DNA of 64,000 nucleotides from Perkinsus olseni (Eukaryota): NCBI GenBank assembly GCA_013115125.1, contig JABANN010000121.1, positions 1 to 64,000 of the forward strand, read 5' to 3'. Shown piece by piece: positions 1 to 11,851 of this stretch (position 1 is its first letter; each line of letters starts with the position of its first letter). The notes under the pieces were generated by a model. It saw only the letters and a program-made list of their open reading frames with translations, ran no database searches and was not told where the DNA came from. The position numbers and the translations under genes were made by a program.

Positions 1-558
1 AGTTCAGCTCGGCCGTTTCACACAATGAAATATCTGGCGTGCGAGAACAGAACTGAGCCATCGCACGCCACACGCGGTTGACCCGGAGATTCTGGAGGCG
101 CTCTTGCGGTTGAAAAATAGTATTGGATGATATCTTACGAAAACGAGTTGGGTTCAACACCGACAACGCTCGGACTCGGCTCCTCAGCCCTCTCATCAGA
201 GTTCTATTCTCGCAAAACTCCGCGGGATTCTAAACCGAGAGCACTCAGGGTCCTAGAATCTGTAGACCGTTCACTAAACGGGTAGCGGAGGAATTCAAGA
301 GCACATCTGCCTATGTTGCACCTGCCGCATGGTACCTAGTCTCACAGGGTCTTGGCAAGTAGCAGCTCAGCTCTGGCTGACTTCGGCTCGGCTTCGGCCA
401 AGGAAGGATGTACGAGGAGGTATCAGTGTTGTGAAACTGCGTTATGTGTAGCCCGAACGTTCGTACTTGAAGTTACAGTCTTGAACTAGAGGGCCCAGCT
501 AAGCAGATCGTATGTCACTGCGCTGATTTCAGGGTTGGATAATATTTTGCTCGAAGAC

Positions 559-1272
559 ATGTCGGAGGCCCCTCCTAAGAAGCGTCGAGTGATATGCTCC
601 GGTTGTGATCGGCCAGAGTCAGTCTGTATTTGCTCCTCCTTCCCACCGGAGCCTCTACCGTTGCCAGCGGGAATTGATTCTGTCATCGTTCTGATGCATC
701 CTAGCGAGCGGAAGCGGAAAAACCGTACTGTCGATTTGGTTGCTACCAAGTGCCTCGCTGGAGTTAAAGTTGTTGTTGGTCGTCGCGTTCTGGCCGAGAC
801 CTTGGGAAGCGATTCTCCCCTTCAAGTGGTGCTCAAGAACCCTGAAAAATGCGCGTTAATTTATCCTACCGACGATGCCGAGACGGTTCACACGCAACAC
901 GGTGGTGAAGCTAAGATTCGGCACCTTATTTTCCTCGATGCGACGTGGAAGTATGCGAAGGAGATGTACAGTTCGTCACCACCCCTCGTTGCCCTCAAGC
1001 ACAAGTGGGTGTTGAAGCCCGAGAAGGGAGGGGCTTTCGTGATTCGAAAGGAGCCCCTTGCAAACGCGGGATTGCTGTCAACCGCTGAGGCTATCGCGTT
1101 CGCCCTCGATGTCGTTTCGACCGACCAATCACGGTTGCCGGCTGTTCGCAAAGTTTTGACACGGTTCTCGGAGATCCAACTTTCCCTCACTGAACATGTG
1201 ATCCACCGTCGAGATAAGAAGAACTACGTTGAGAACCTCTACGACCTTGAGGAGGCTAAGCAGCCCAAATGA
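559..1272 (+). CDS. DTW-domain protein (tRNA-uridine aminocarboxypropyltransferase, DTWD2/TapT-like), intronless
   Basis: N-terminal CxxCxRPxxxCxC, MHPSE, LIYP, FLDATW (DxTW motif), IRKEP, LSTAEA. First ATG at 559. Confidence 0.88.
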   Translation: MSEAPPKKRRVICSGCDRPESVCICSSFPPEPLPLPAGIDSVIVLMHPSERKRKNRTVDLVATKCLAGVKVVVGRRVLAETLGSDSPLQVVLKNPEKCALIYPTDDAETVHTQHGGEAKIRHLIFLDATWKYAKEMYSSSPPLVALKHKWVLKPEKGGAFVIRKEPLANAGLLSTAEAIAFALDVVSTDQSRLPAVRKVLTRFSEIQLSLTEHVIHRRDKKNYVENLYDLEEAKQPK

Positions 1273-3125
1273 CTCTGCTTGCATCATTCCTGCTGACTTC
1301 CCTGGCTTGAACGTTTCAATCAACTTCCAAGAATTGAGTTGCAGTCTCATTAGAACTGGCTAATGGGTTCTTCTACAATCGTTCGAGTATCGAAATGAGC
1401 GAGAGTGGCGGAAACTCCGTCACGAAATGAGAGGGCGACGGGCTCTACACGTAGTCCATTCCCTTCGCGTTCCAAGCTCTGTAAACCCCACTGTGCTGGC
1501 ACCAGACAGACGGCTCTTCAAGAGCCGCTCTTGGCGCAGTGCCTCCTCGAACAAAGCCTTTGTTACAGAGGAGTGAAAGGAATCTCAAAGGCATTGTGCA
1601 TTCGGTTGTGGATAAGTCCTTTTGTATCTTCGGCTGAGATTGTTCAGTTGTACAGTGAACGAGTGGAGGCGGGTTGCGAGCACAACCCACAACCAGTCGA
1701 TTGCTCAGCTCGATTGGTTCCAAACTCCTGCACAACACACTAGAGCTAGCAGAACGAATTGCAATTCGAACCATGCGGACAATCATGTGCTCGCCGTCCA
1801 GCTCGACAAATGGTTTCTAGTACGCCGACAAGGTCGCAATTGACCGAAAGCATATCAATCGGGTGTTCCCGAATCATCTCCTGACGGACGAGGACTGGAG
1901 GATCGAGTGACACCAAGCAATATTTCAAGAAACCCCTCATCAGCGGGAACCCATGGCGGCCGCGATATGACTGCGCCTCGAAGAGATGAGAAGATACTGC
2001 AACTTGGACTTCCGAGTGGCCAAACGCGAGACTTCCAAAAAGGCAATCATCACCTCGAATCAGCGCAGGGGATACCGTCCAGCCGGGAGCTAACCTGAAT
2101 CTTATTGTACGTGTCCAAAGGCACGCTCAGCGTCAGTTCCTTGTCAGCGAATTGGAGGGGCTCAGATCGGGGGTAAGGCCAGTAGTACTCCGGCCTGTGC
2201 GCGTCGTCCATGAATGAGAGTGCTTTGTACGCGCGCTGAGCGGAGGAAACGAGTCTACGGGTCGAACAATTCTGCAGCGGAGCTTCTCCCCCGAAGGACT
2301 ATGTCATCGGCCCCGCATACTGTAGCGGTACAACACCGCCGGTATCAAGGCTACACAATACCAGCCCAGCGTGGGTATGCTCTCATCGGTTAGAACTGAA
2401 CGAGCCTCCGCGCACTGGTATACGATATCACGAGGCAGAAAAAGTAAAACGAGTCTCACCAACAAGTTCGGCAACTGGACGTTTTTCATCTCATCAACTG
2501 CCGCACGGGACATCTCTTTAGCCTCTCCCAGATGATATCTCGCCTGATCACGGAAATACCCACCAAGCAACCCGTGGCCTCGGTGCGAATGCTGCGCGTT
2601 GTGGTGCTCGGGATGGTGATGTTGGTCATGATATTGATGTATTAGATCATACCGCAAAAACGGCATACTATGACCGGCCAAGATAACGCAAGTTGTTCGT
2701 CGAGCAAGTCAGGTTCCTGCACTGCGAGAATTTGGCGTCATGACAGTCTTCTGAAGAGCAGGGAGTGCAATAAACCTGTGGCCTCGCGTCAACGTATGAG
2801 CGAGTCAGTGTCGAACTTTTGCACGCATCTCGTCGTCAGCCATTGGCAATGACATTACTGCCAATTCGACAATTGTCCACTCTGAATGCACCATTCAGAT
2901 TCGGGGGTATGTGGCACATACTATGTGCCGGAGGCATAGATCAGGCATAGTAAGACTGGAGCTGAGCCGACACCCTGAATAAGCCCCATGGATTGGATCC
3001 TGGGCTAGATCGAATAAACGCATTCATAAGAACGCCCAGCAGGAGTCTTTGACTGGATAAAGCTCAAAACATCCAAGACTGGAGGAACGTTAACATACTC
3101 ATTTGGGAGTAATAGTAGCTGCCGC

Positions 3126-3977
3126 TTAGTAAACTTTCCTGATGAGGAGGTAGAGGCGGTCATCAAGACGGATGGCCTCGTCCACATCGCTCCTCTGTGC
3201 CTCCAATTTCATCAAGAGTCCACCGAATGAGACGTAACTGACAACGATACACCATGCGCATGACCTCGCCAAAACCACGTCCGCCGGCGACCCAGCAAGG
3301 AGCAGTACAGCGAATCAAGAAAGTCTAACGTGAAGGCGCAGTTGATCAAGAGTTGATCCACTACCCACTAGATAAAGTCAAACTCACATGATAGTACGAG
3401 AGGCAACGGTCTCTGTGCCGACAGTCTTGTTCATCTTCTTGTAAACCTAAAAATACTCATCTCTATAGGAGGCTGTGAACCTTCTCTCTTCATTACCTTC
3501 CCGTACATAGCGTACTCGTAATCATCAATAATAGCAGGTTGGGCAGCCTCTCCCTGGTAGCCCTCATTGGCATCGGCGGCCGAAGCAATAGCAATTCGCA
3601 ACTGAAGACATCAACAGGTCCGATAATCAAACTGCGGTCGGCTATCAGAATCGAACAATCGACAGGGTCGGCTTCGTGAACGCGTGACACCGCCTATCAG
3701 TCGGGCGGATCCGTCGCAAGCAACCACCCGGTATCGCAGCGCATAGAGTATGACAAAGCTCCGCGGCCGCATTACCGTGTCGCTGTCGCCGATTGGATAG
3801 ATCTCAGTGTTGATATCAACCTCTATTTCAGCATTGTAGGTGTGCGACTGCGCCTTGATCCGAGATACTGAAGTGAAGCATCAGTAGAAATGTTGCAACC
3901 CACGCAGCATTACCTCGGTCGAACTTCTCATCGTCGATGTTCTTAACATCGAACATGTCGTCGAAGATGGCTGACAT
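3126..3977 (-). CDS. RPB8: RNA polymerase I/II/III shared subunit RPB8 (multi-exon)
   Basis: Exons read manually: MSAIFDDMFDVKNIDDEKFDR / VSRIKAQSHTYNAEIEVDINTEIYPI / ...IIDDYEYAMYGK / VYKK... / YVSFGGLLMKLE...RLDDRLYLLIRKVY*. These carry the RPB8 motifs DINTE, DDYEYxMYGK and SFGGLLM. Confidence 0.92.
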
Positions 3978-4299
3978 TACGGACTGATGACGAAGAGTAA
4001 ACCGATACTAACCAACTGTACAGCAACGACTTCATCTACTACTAGAATCGAGCTGCCCACACCAAGAACCAAAATATTAAGAGGACCACAAAGCCCGCGT
4101 GGAGCTGAGTCACACTCGCTGGCCATCACGCCAAGTTTGTAGCACCTAGAGGACTCATTGATCGGTGCTTTAAAGATTCCTCTGCCCAACTCAACTCAGT
4201 GCGAATTGGAAACTCGGGAGGTACTTCTGCCCTTCCTCGGCGTCGTACAAAAATGAACATGCTGCAAAAATGGTAGTAACAGTTCATGCTGCTACCCGA

Positions 4300-6560
4300 A
4301 CATGACGTTCCTGACGTTCCTTTCTTCATTATCGCCGAACAGTCCGCCGCCAACCTCCAGTAGTTCGATCCTGAGCGCGAGACTACCGTCAGACAACCTT
4401 CGCGTGATACTAGCCTCAACAAATACGCAGACCGAACAACCCTCAAACCTTCGATCCCAGCCTGATCATGAGCTCGCCCTTCAATTTCTCCACTCTCCTT
4501 GTCAGCGTCTCCAATTCTTCCTCATTGATCTAATACATGACAAGAGACACAGAGCTGTCACAGAACTCCACCTCTCGATACGACGCCATGCTCCCCCCAA
4601 GGACAATCTACCTGTAGCCGTCTTGTGTTAGTGTCGCATTCACGCTCTATTTGAGCAAGTTCATCCGGGCTCTTAGTGGCTATTACCTACGCCAACCTGT
4701 TCCAGTACGACTCGACATCCTGAACCTTCTATTGCCTCTTTGCCTAGCCGAGAGCTCCCGCTCATCCTTTGCTGCTGGCAATCGCCGACATATTCTTGCA
4801 TGGCGTCCAGCCGCTGCGCGAGTTGATCTAGCTCCTGGAGATGCTCGGGGATGCCGCACGCTCATGCATTCCCGTACCTTTCCTTCTCGTTCGAGGCATC
4901 GCTTGCGTCCTCCAACCTCCTGGGCTCTGGAGTTGGTCACAGAAGCTATTTGTGTATCAATTTCTTTCATTTCCTCCGACAGTGCCATCGCCCGCCGTTC
5001 CAACTCCTCGCGCTGTCATCAAAGGCACCGCTTGCCCTCGTCAAAGGACGACCCAACCATTACTTTCTGCAACGTTTCCCGTTCGCCATTTGCGAGATCG
5101 ACCATGATTGCCGGAACCTACCGCGCCAGCTATAAATTGTAGCCTACAATCAATCCACTCGACAATGGCTAACATGCTTGCTATACAAGAGAGTCTCCTC
5201 AGACTAAGCCTCTGGATACAGCGCAACGCGATCGTTACGATTGAACACCTATCGGTGAGGAGTAGCTAGAAGGACTTGACTTCCCCCGAGGAATACTCAC
5301 TTCGTCGAGCACTTTCCTGTAGACCTCCATATCCGAACGAGCGACCTCTAACGAATCCTGACGACTTCGCACTCGGTGGCGCATGAGACTCAGCCTCGAC
5401 TTGATAGCAGTCAAAGTAGCCCTGAGCTATGAGGCGAAACAGTGTTGTGAACCGAAGAGCCTGGGACAGACGAAACAAACAACTACCACAGCACGGAGGC
5501 CATCACTGGTTTTTATCAGTGGATACAAGACATATATCCGCGAAGCAGACGATCAAGTAAGGAAGCCAGAACAGTGCAACGCAGTACCTTAGCCGCAGCA
5601 TCAGGTAGGTGCAAGCCGCGTGAAGGTCACGATGGCTTAGCAACTGTATGCGATGCTGGCTAAATTACGATGTAGCGACCTCTCATTGTAGAGAACGCAG
5701 GCGTGCCTAAGGTCCCCTCTACCTCGTTGCATACTGCCTGGCACGAGTGCAGTTGCTCTAGCACGCTCGCTCTCTCTGCTTCGCGCCTATCCACGTGCCT
5801 CCGCAATTTTTCCTGAGATGCTTTCTCGATAGCGCGCAACGAGGCTACCTGGGCTAAGAAGCATGCGCGATGGTTGGTCAGACATACCACTTGACCTTAT
5901 CCCGGAGCGCACCTAGAGCACATCCTCGTTCGACAATGCCGATTTCTGACTCCCTCAACTGGCCTGAACACCCCATTCTCTTCGGAAGAATCTTGACTGC
6001 GTACTACCAGCAACCAGCTCCTCCTGGATGATGCGGGCTGCGCAAGCCTTCATGTCCGCTTCTGCTTCCGTTACTGCTGCCAGCAGGTCGTCCGATAGAA
6101 TCCGAAGTGCTGCTTGCCTGCTTGAGTAAACATGAATTCACGGCGTTTGACCCTCCACAACTTTAAAGAGCCATCAATTACTCATCAAGACCGATCACTA
6201 TTCTATACTGTGTTATGCGACTCCTTCAATGACAGATAGCTCGACCCACCCCGCTGCAGCCAGCTTGCCCCTGTTGACGGCACACCGCCTCCTCTTCCTG
6301 TCGTCACCGACGAGGTGCTCGAGGCGGGACTAGCGACGATTGGTCGGAAATGTAGAACAAGCGACCTTCCCAGTCTCACCTTGCATAGTATCAGCTGTTC
6401 CTTTGCACCACATTTGCACTTACTATCCACTAGCCTATCTCCAACCATAGTCAGCCTCGATTGCCCAGAATGAATGCTGCTCACTTCTTGAGAATCTAAC
6501 GATCCGCTTAGACCATCGATGGCGCAGGTCCACACAGTAATTCCACGCGACCAGTAAGTC
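4300..6560 (-). CDS. Hypothetical multi-exon coiled-coil protein (boundaries uncertain)
   Basis: Charged helical exon fragments, e.g. MERRAMALSEEMKEIDTQIASV and QVASLRAIEKASQEKLRRHVDRREAERASVLEQL, separated by short introns. Confidence 0.4.
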
Positions 6561-7738
6561 TCATCTCTGCCCGCAGGAGCACTAGAAACTTCTACTACCT
6601 CCTACAGTGGACGTTTCAGCTCTCAGCATCAGACTGCCCCTGTTGTATGTCTTATCCCAATGACCGCCTCCGGTCCGCCTAGAAAGACCCGAAGGAGCCG
6701 GAGCTCGGGGAGAAAGCTGCGATCCATAGAGACCATGAATGCGCAGAACTTTTCACAGTATCGAATTGATGAAAACCGCACTATCCCTTTACAGTAATAG
6801 GTGTTGGTCGGGCTTTGTCGTAGCACTGGCGCCGCCCACGGCCGGTACCTGAGAGCACGCTCCCGAGAGAGCTCCTGGGAACGCGATCACCTGTAACCAC
6901 GCGCTTGGACCTAGTGATCGATCAGACATGTATAAAAAAGGGTAAGCTAATTCATCTTCAAGTGAAAAAGATGTCCCTCAGTCACCATACCACCGCACTC
7001 ACAAAAAGCAGTGGGAATCGATCAGTATGGCGCACGCAAGCGAACAAAACGGCGTCACATAACCAGCGCGTTGCGCCGCCAATGTAGTCTGCCCGACAAC
7101 TTGTCTGAGACAAGCCAGGCAAGAGCGATGGGCTCAAGCGGCATTCGGGGGCTATCGCGAGTTTGGATAGCTGAGGTGCGTGCGTGAACTTGATCTTGCG
7201 GCGAGCACTGCTCGATAGTTCGGTGACGTACTCATACCCTTCCCTGCGTGGCTACAGCGAGGTGCCCGCTCCCGGACTCGCGCGCAGTATCTCTCCCAGC
7301 TGCCGTCCATAAACGAACAGTGGGCGAAGAGGGTAGCGGGCCCATCCAGTCGAAGAAGCTTTCCTTATACATCGTTCATGCATGCGTGATCCATTGCTGC
7401 GTGAAGGAACCGCGCCACCGCGCCTTGCCGTCGATCTTAGGGTCTTGCGAGCCAGGCGCTCCTTTGCTCCGCTATAGGGTCCCATACGATGCTCCCCTGT
7501 GTTCTCATCTATCTGAGTTGGATAGAGACTCTATCATAGAGTCCAACGCAGCTTGATATGACTGTGCTTACTAAGCACCGCTTAGGAACCCGTTTCGTTT
7601 CGGTGTTGGTAGACTACTTTCCGTACGAGCTGGTGGCAATGGCAGCGTATCCCGGGCAGATAAGAACCCCTGAAGCTTAGGAAGGGTAAACCATGCAAGA
7701 TAAACCATTCCATTTTCGCTAGTAGTGAGTCACCACTA

Positions 7739-10617
7739 ATGACCTACCTGCCGAGTTCTATCCAAGAGCTCATTGGCAAGTGCCGGTGGTTCATCCAGTC
7801 CCGCAGAACGCTGATTTTGGCGACCGGCATAGCCTTAGTACTCACCCTGGGGACTATCAAGTTGAGGAAACGCCCCGAGGTTGACCTCCACGCCCGCTTC
7901 GGCGGGCCAAATCGGGTGAGCTTGGAATAAGAGTTATAGTATAGAGGATTGTCAAGAGCTTCCCCCGCGTTGACCATATTCCTGGCATCGATACTTTTCA
8001 GTTCCTCCCCTTGGGCCTCTTTTCAAGATCACGAGAACGTTTTCATCGCGCTTTAGGGATGTTCGCTGATACTTACGGTGGTGTTTACTGCATCAAGTAA
8101 GGCGCCCAGCGGAACTCGGTTCTTTCATTTTTCACTTGGACATCATTACTCCGAGGGTTGAGCAATGTCGTCCTCTGTGCTGGCCGCTCCCGTTGAGCTG
8201 TGAAAGTATTGGCTTTTCAGAATCACCACCAAAGATGTGGTAGTTGTTTCCGACCCCGAGTTGATCAGACAAGTGCTCACGGAGCGTCCAAACACCTACA
8301 TAAGACGTTTCAATAAAATTAACGTCCTGCCCTTTTCCGGCATGTTCACTACCGAAGGTGAAAAGTGGAAACGCAATAGGCGATTGGGTGCTCCGGCATT
8401 CAACGACGTGAACTCCGCTGCCATGGTACCCGACATGGCAAGAGTCGCGAAAAAGCTGGTACGCTTCGTACTGTTGCTCCTTGATGATTTCGTAAATAGG
8501 TTCGGCAACTGAACTCCCTCTCACAAGACGGGCGCATAGTTTGGTCTCCCACCGATTGGATCCCACTTTGCACCCTCGATACCTTGTGCGTTACATGTTT
8601 CGGGAACGACTACAATTTCTTGAACCCTGATGGTAGTGTGGGCGATCACGAGTCAAACCCTTCGGACCGAAGGCTCCGGTTAATGGTGTTCCGCACGAGT
8701 TCTAGTGTTTTCAACCACTGCGTGTGCCTAAAGGAAATCCCAAATGAGTCAAACAGTATACCCAACTGAAAGGCTCCTATGCACAGGTCGTGAAATCGTG
8801 CTTCGACCGCCATTCCCACCAGATCGCAGAATATGTTCATTCGGTACTTTCAGGTAGTGCCCTGGGTCGCAGCTCTCAAGAGGTCCAGCAAGCATTGAGA
8901 GATACAATAGTTGGGTCTGGTCATGCTTTTATGTTGAGTATCTTCCCCTGGATGACTCGTGATAGATTCCCATGGAATCTTAACCCCTTCATTAAAAAGG
9001 TGCGGCCCCGGTGTTGGCTCTGTAATGCTATGTCTTTGCTGTTAGCTACATCTGGGAATCAAGCGGCTCAATGAGCTCTGTGATGAGATCGCCAGCGGAA
9101 GGCAGGCAGAACGGCAGGCCGGGGTCCAGGCTTCACGCCGGGACCTGTTAGATAAACTATTGCATCTTGACCAAGAAGACTTACGGGGCAACATCATCAC
9201 GTAATTCTCGCCTGTCATGTGATGCCCACGTGTGCTAGGTTGGAAACTGTATCATCTGGAGGTCCGTCTCACCGCTTAAACAGTTTGTTGTAGGTTCTTC
9301 ATTGCCGGCAGCGATACTTCGGCTATGTCCGTGGCTTGGTGTCTCTACTATCTCTGTCTCAACCCTTGTATTCAAAATCAGGCAAGGGCCGAGGTGGATG
9401 CGCTCGGTCGCGACCCAGAAACGATGAAAGATGTTGATGAGCTACCGCTCGTTGGGTGCTGTGTACTCGAGGCGCTGAGGGTAAGCTTTCAGTCCGACCC
9501 AGCCTGACAGAGTACGGTGAACCTGTTAGCTGCAACCCCCGAGTGTGTGCAAGTTCAATCGGGGCCCCTTGCGACAGTCCAACGGGCGTCGCGAGAGGCA
9601 CGATTGGACGGTCAAAAATCGACACAACCGGAAACCAGCGTGCGCCCTGGTAATCGACGCACAGAGCACGCACGCGCCAAGCTAGTTGAATCACCCTCCC
9701 CGGGTGACAGCGGAAGTCAGCCGCTGAGTCCAGCGCGGTCTCTGAGCCGCGCTTGAACCGCTCGCGGTTCAGAATGCGGGCCTTAGCCCCATTCGTCAAG
9801 GACCATAGTCCTTGCGGAGTCTCCTTTTTCAAAACCCGTCCCGCCCGCCCGGGGACAAACACTTAGCGCTCCGGGGTGCAGCCAGGCCGTGGTCTGGCAC
9901 GCCAGGCGCCGCTAAGCGCTTTCGTCGTCGATGAGCGCTGCCACGACATATCAGAGAGGAGCAGCGACCGTCCGGGACGCTTGTTAGCGTTCCGAGCCTT
10001 TGCACGGGTCGCGGATTCGTTCGGGCTTCGGCTTCGTGTGTCAGTTTACGAGCTCAGCTGAGCCAGCCCTAGCTCACAGCCATGCAGCACAGAGCAGCTG
10101 CGGAGAGCTAGGAGTCGCTCGGAAATACTCGCCGGTTTCATGTTTCCCAATGTTGAGTATTCCCGGGAGTGACTCGATTTTTGATGCTTCTCAACGAATG
10201 CATCACCGACACCTCACTGAATGAGAAGACGATTCCTTCTGGAACTTTGGTTGTCACTCTTCTCCGCAAAGCTATGGTTCAGGAGTCGCAAGGCGGGACG
10301 AATTTCAAGTACACAACCGGATCCCCATTCACTCCCGGGATCCTTTCGTCCTTCGTGTTTACTAAATGAGATCATTTGTCAGGCCGGAGCGTTGGCTGAC
10401 ACATGACGGCTCCGCGGTCGACCGACCTCGCACTCGCGAGCACCTCGCATTCGGCGATGGTCCTCGGCAATGCCCGGGACAGAGAATGGCTCTTATCGAA
10501 GCTACAACTATTATATCTCTTATCCTCAGGCATTTCGATAACCTCAAACTCAAGAACAGTCCGGAGAGTGTCCGTGGGGACTTGAGGTTCTCCTTCTCCT
10601 ACCTGATGAGCTTTTGA
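7739..10617 (+). CDS. Cytochrome P450 copy 1 (multi-exon; 636-nt insertion and frameshifted extreme C-terminus, possible pseudogene)
   Basis: N-terminal TM anchor, VVVSDPELIRQVL, GEKWKRNRR, I-helix FFIAGSDTSA, K-helix EALR, PERW, haem motif FGDGPRQCPG. Confidence 0.92.
9543..10178 (+). mobile_element. ORF-less highly structured insertion in the P450 exon (intron-like or non-autonomous element, class unknown)
   Basis: Absent from paralog 2, where LQPPSAFLLHEC is continuous. GC-rich, 13 or more hairpins, ends GTGTG...ACTCGAT. Boundaries can slide by a few nt. Confidence 0.8.
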
Positions 10618-11851
10618 GCTCGTGATGTTCCCCCGGCACCACTAGAGCATTCATCGCCGAGCTTCTTTGCTGACTTTCTGTCATGACAGGTCGGTTTCAG
10701 GCCCGCCCGATGAATTCTTTCAAAGAGATTGATCTCCTATTCGATTTGCCGTCTCTTGCGTTGGTAGTGACTCGGGTCACCTACACCATCTCTTAATCGG
10801 TGAAGCATGGGAGCACATTAGTACGAACTCTCACTGAAAGAGATGAAACACCGTCGGTGATGGATATAACGACATCGAAACAAGAGTTAACACTGCTCGA
10901 GCACCGCGATGAGCAATGCTGGACCTCAGTGGTGTCGCTCGGGTATGCGGTGCCTGGAACAGAAAAATAATCAACGGCCATTGGCGTGGAGGTGAACCAG
11001 CCGTGGCATGATCTCGCTGCCGAACGCTTCCAAGGAATGCAGCGGGAACTAATACACGCAGTGGCTCGGTTGTCAAGGCTGCTGACAAACCAGTCTGTTG
11101 TGCATGGCATGAACTCGACTGTTCATGTTCCGTCTTTTGAATGTGCCCGGCTGAAGATCGATGCATCACTTCACGCACCAGCAATCGCGTACAGCGGAAA
11201 TTAAGAACTGCAGCCCGAAAGGAGTCGCTCAAGACTGATCCCTGAGTCGGAATACCGTATACGTGTATGAATGTACCCTCCGAGGGCTACTGCTTACAGC
11301 ACCAATCGCAGCCAGCGCGTAACAACTGACGCGCGGAGGCAATGACTGCGTATTGGATCCTAACGGAAACAGTAATATGCATCCTTCCCCCTCCGAGAGG
11401 CCTTCTCGGCCTCGATCGTGTAGGTGCAGCTCCGACTCCTGTGGTTGAGCGCCACCGGGCTAGCTTTCCACCGTGGATTCCTACGGAACTAGACGCGTTG
11501 TTGTCCTGGAGCTGCATACCAGGCAGCCTTATTTGTTTGCCGAGGTCTGCGAGTTGCCCAGAATCATAGTACCACCTCGATTCATTCTAGGAAAGAACCC
11601 GACTGACGTTATCGTTAGTAGACAACCATGCGCAGCGGGGCGTCATGAGTAGACAAGATTTTCGATAGCTTGCAAGGAGCCCGTGGGCCTTGAGGTTCAC
11701 CAGACTGCGGACCGAAGAGTCGAGATCATGAATTTCAGTCGAAGACAGTGTGGTCAGGAATGATAACTGAGCAGTTGATGATCGGCCGCCGGTCGGCAAA
11801 ACCCGTGCTATCATCATCCATAAAGGGGAAACAGTTTCATTCTCGCTCGCT

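Noticed and set aside
9765-9812. Group I intron R/S-like words (GTTCAGA, ATAGTCC) in the insert
   Set aside because: No GACUA partner for P7; the words sit in local hairpins; no clear U-G 5' splice site with terminal G.
9543-10177. Helitron reading of the insert (minus strand A|TC...|T)
   Set aside because: No CTRR 3' end, and this boundary leaves the empty site frameshifted.
10603-10626. CTGATGAG-cttttgag-CTCG resembles a hammerhead ribozyme core
   Set aside because: Followed by TGA rather than the required AAA, and it aligns with P450 coding sequence.
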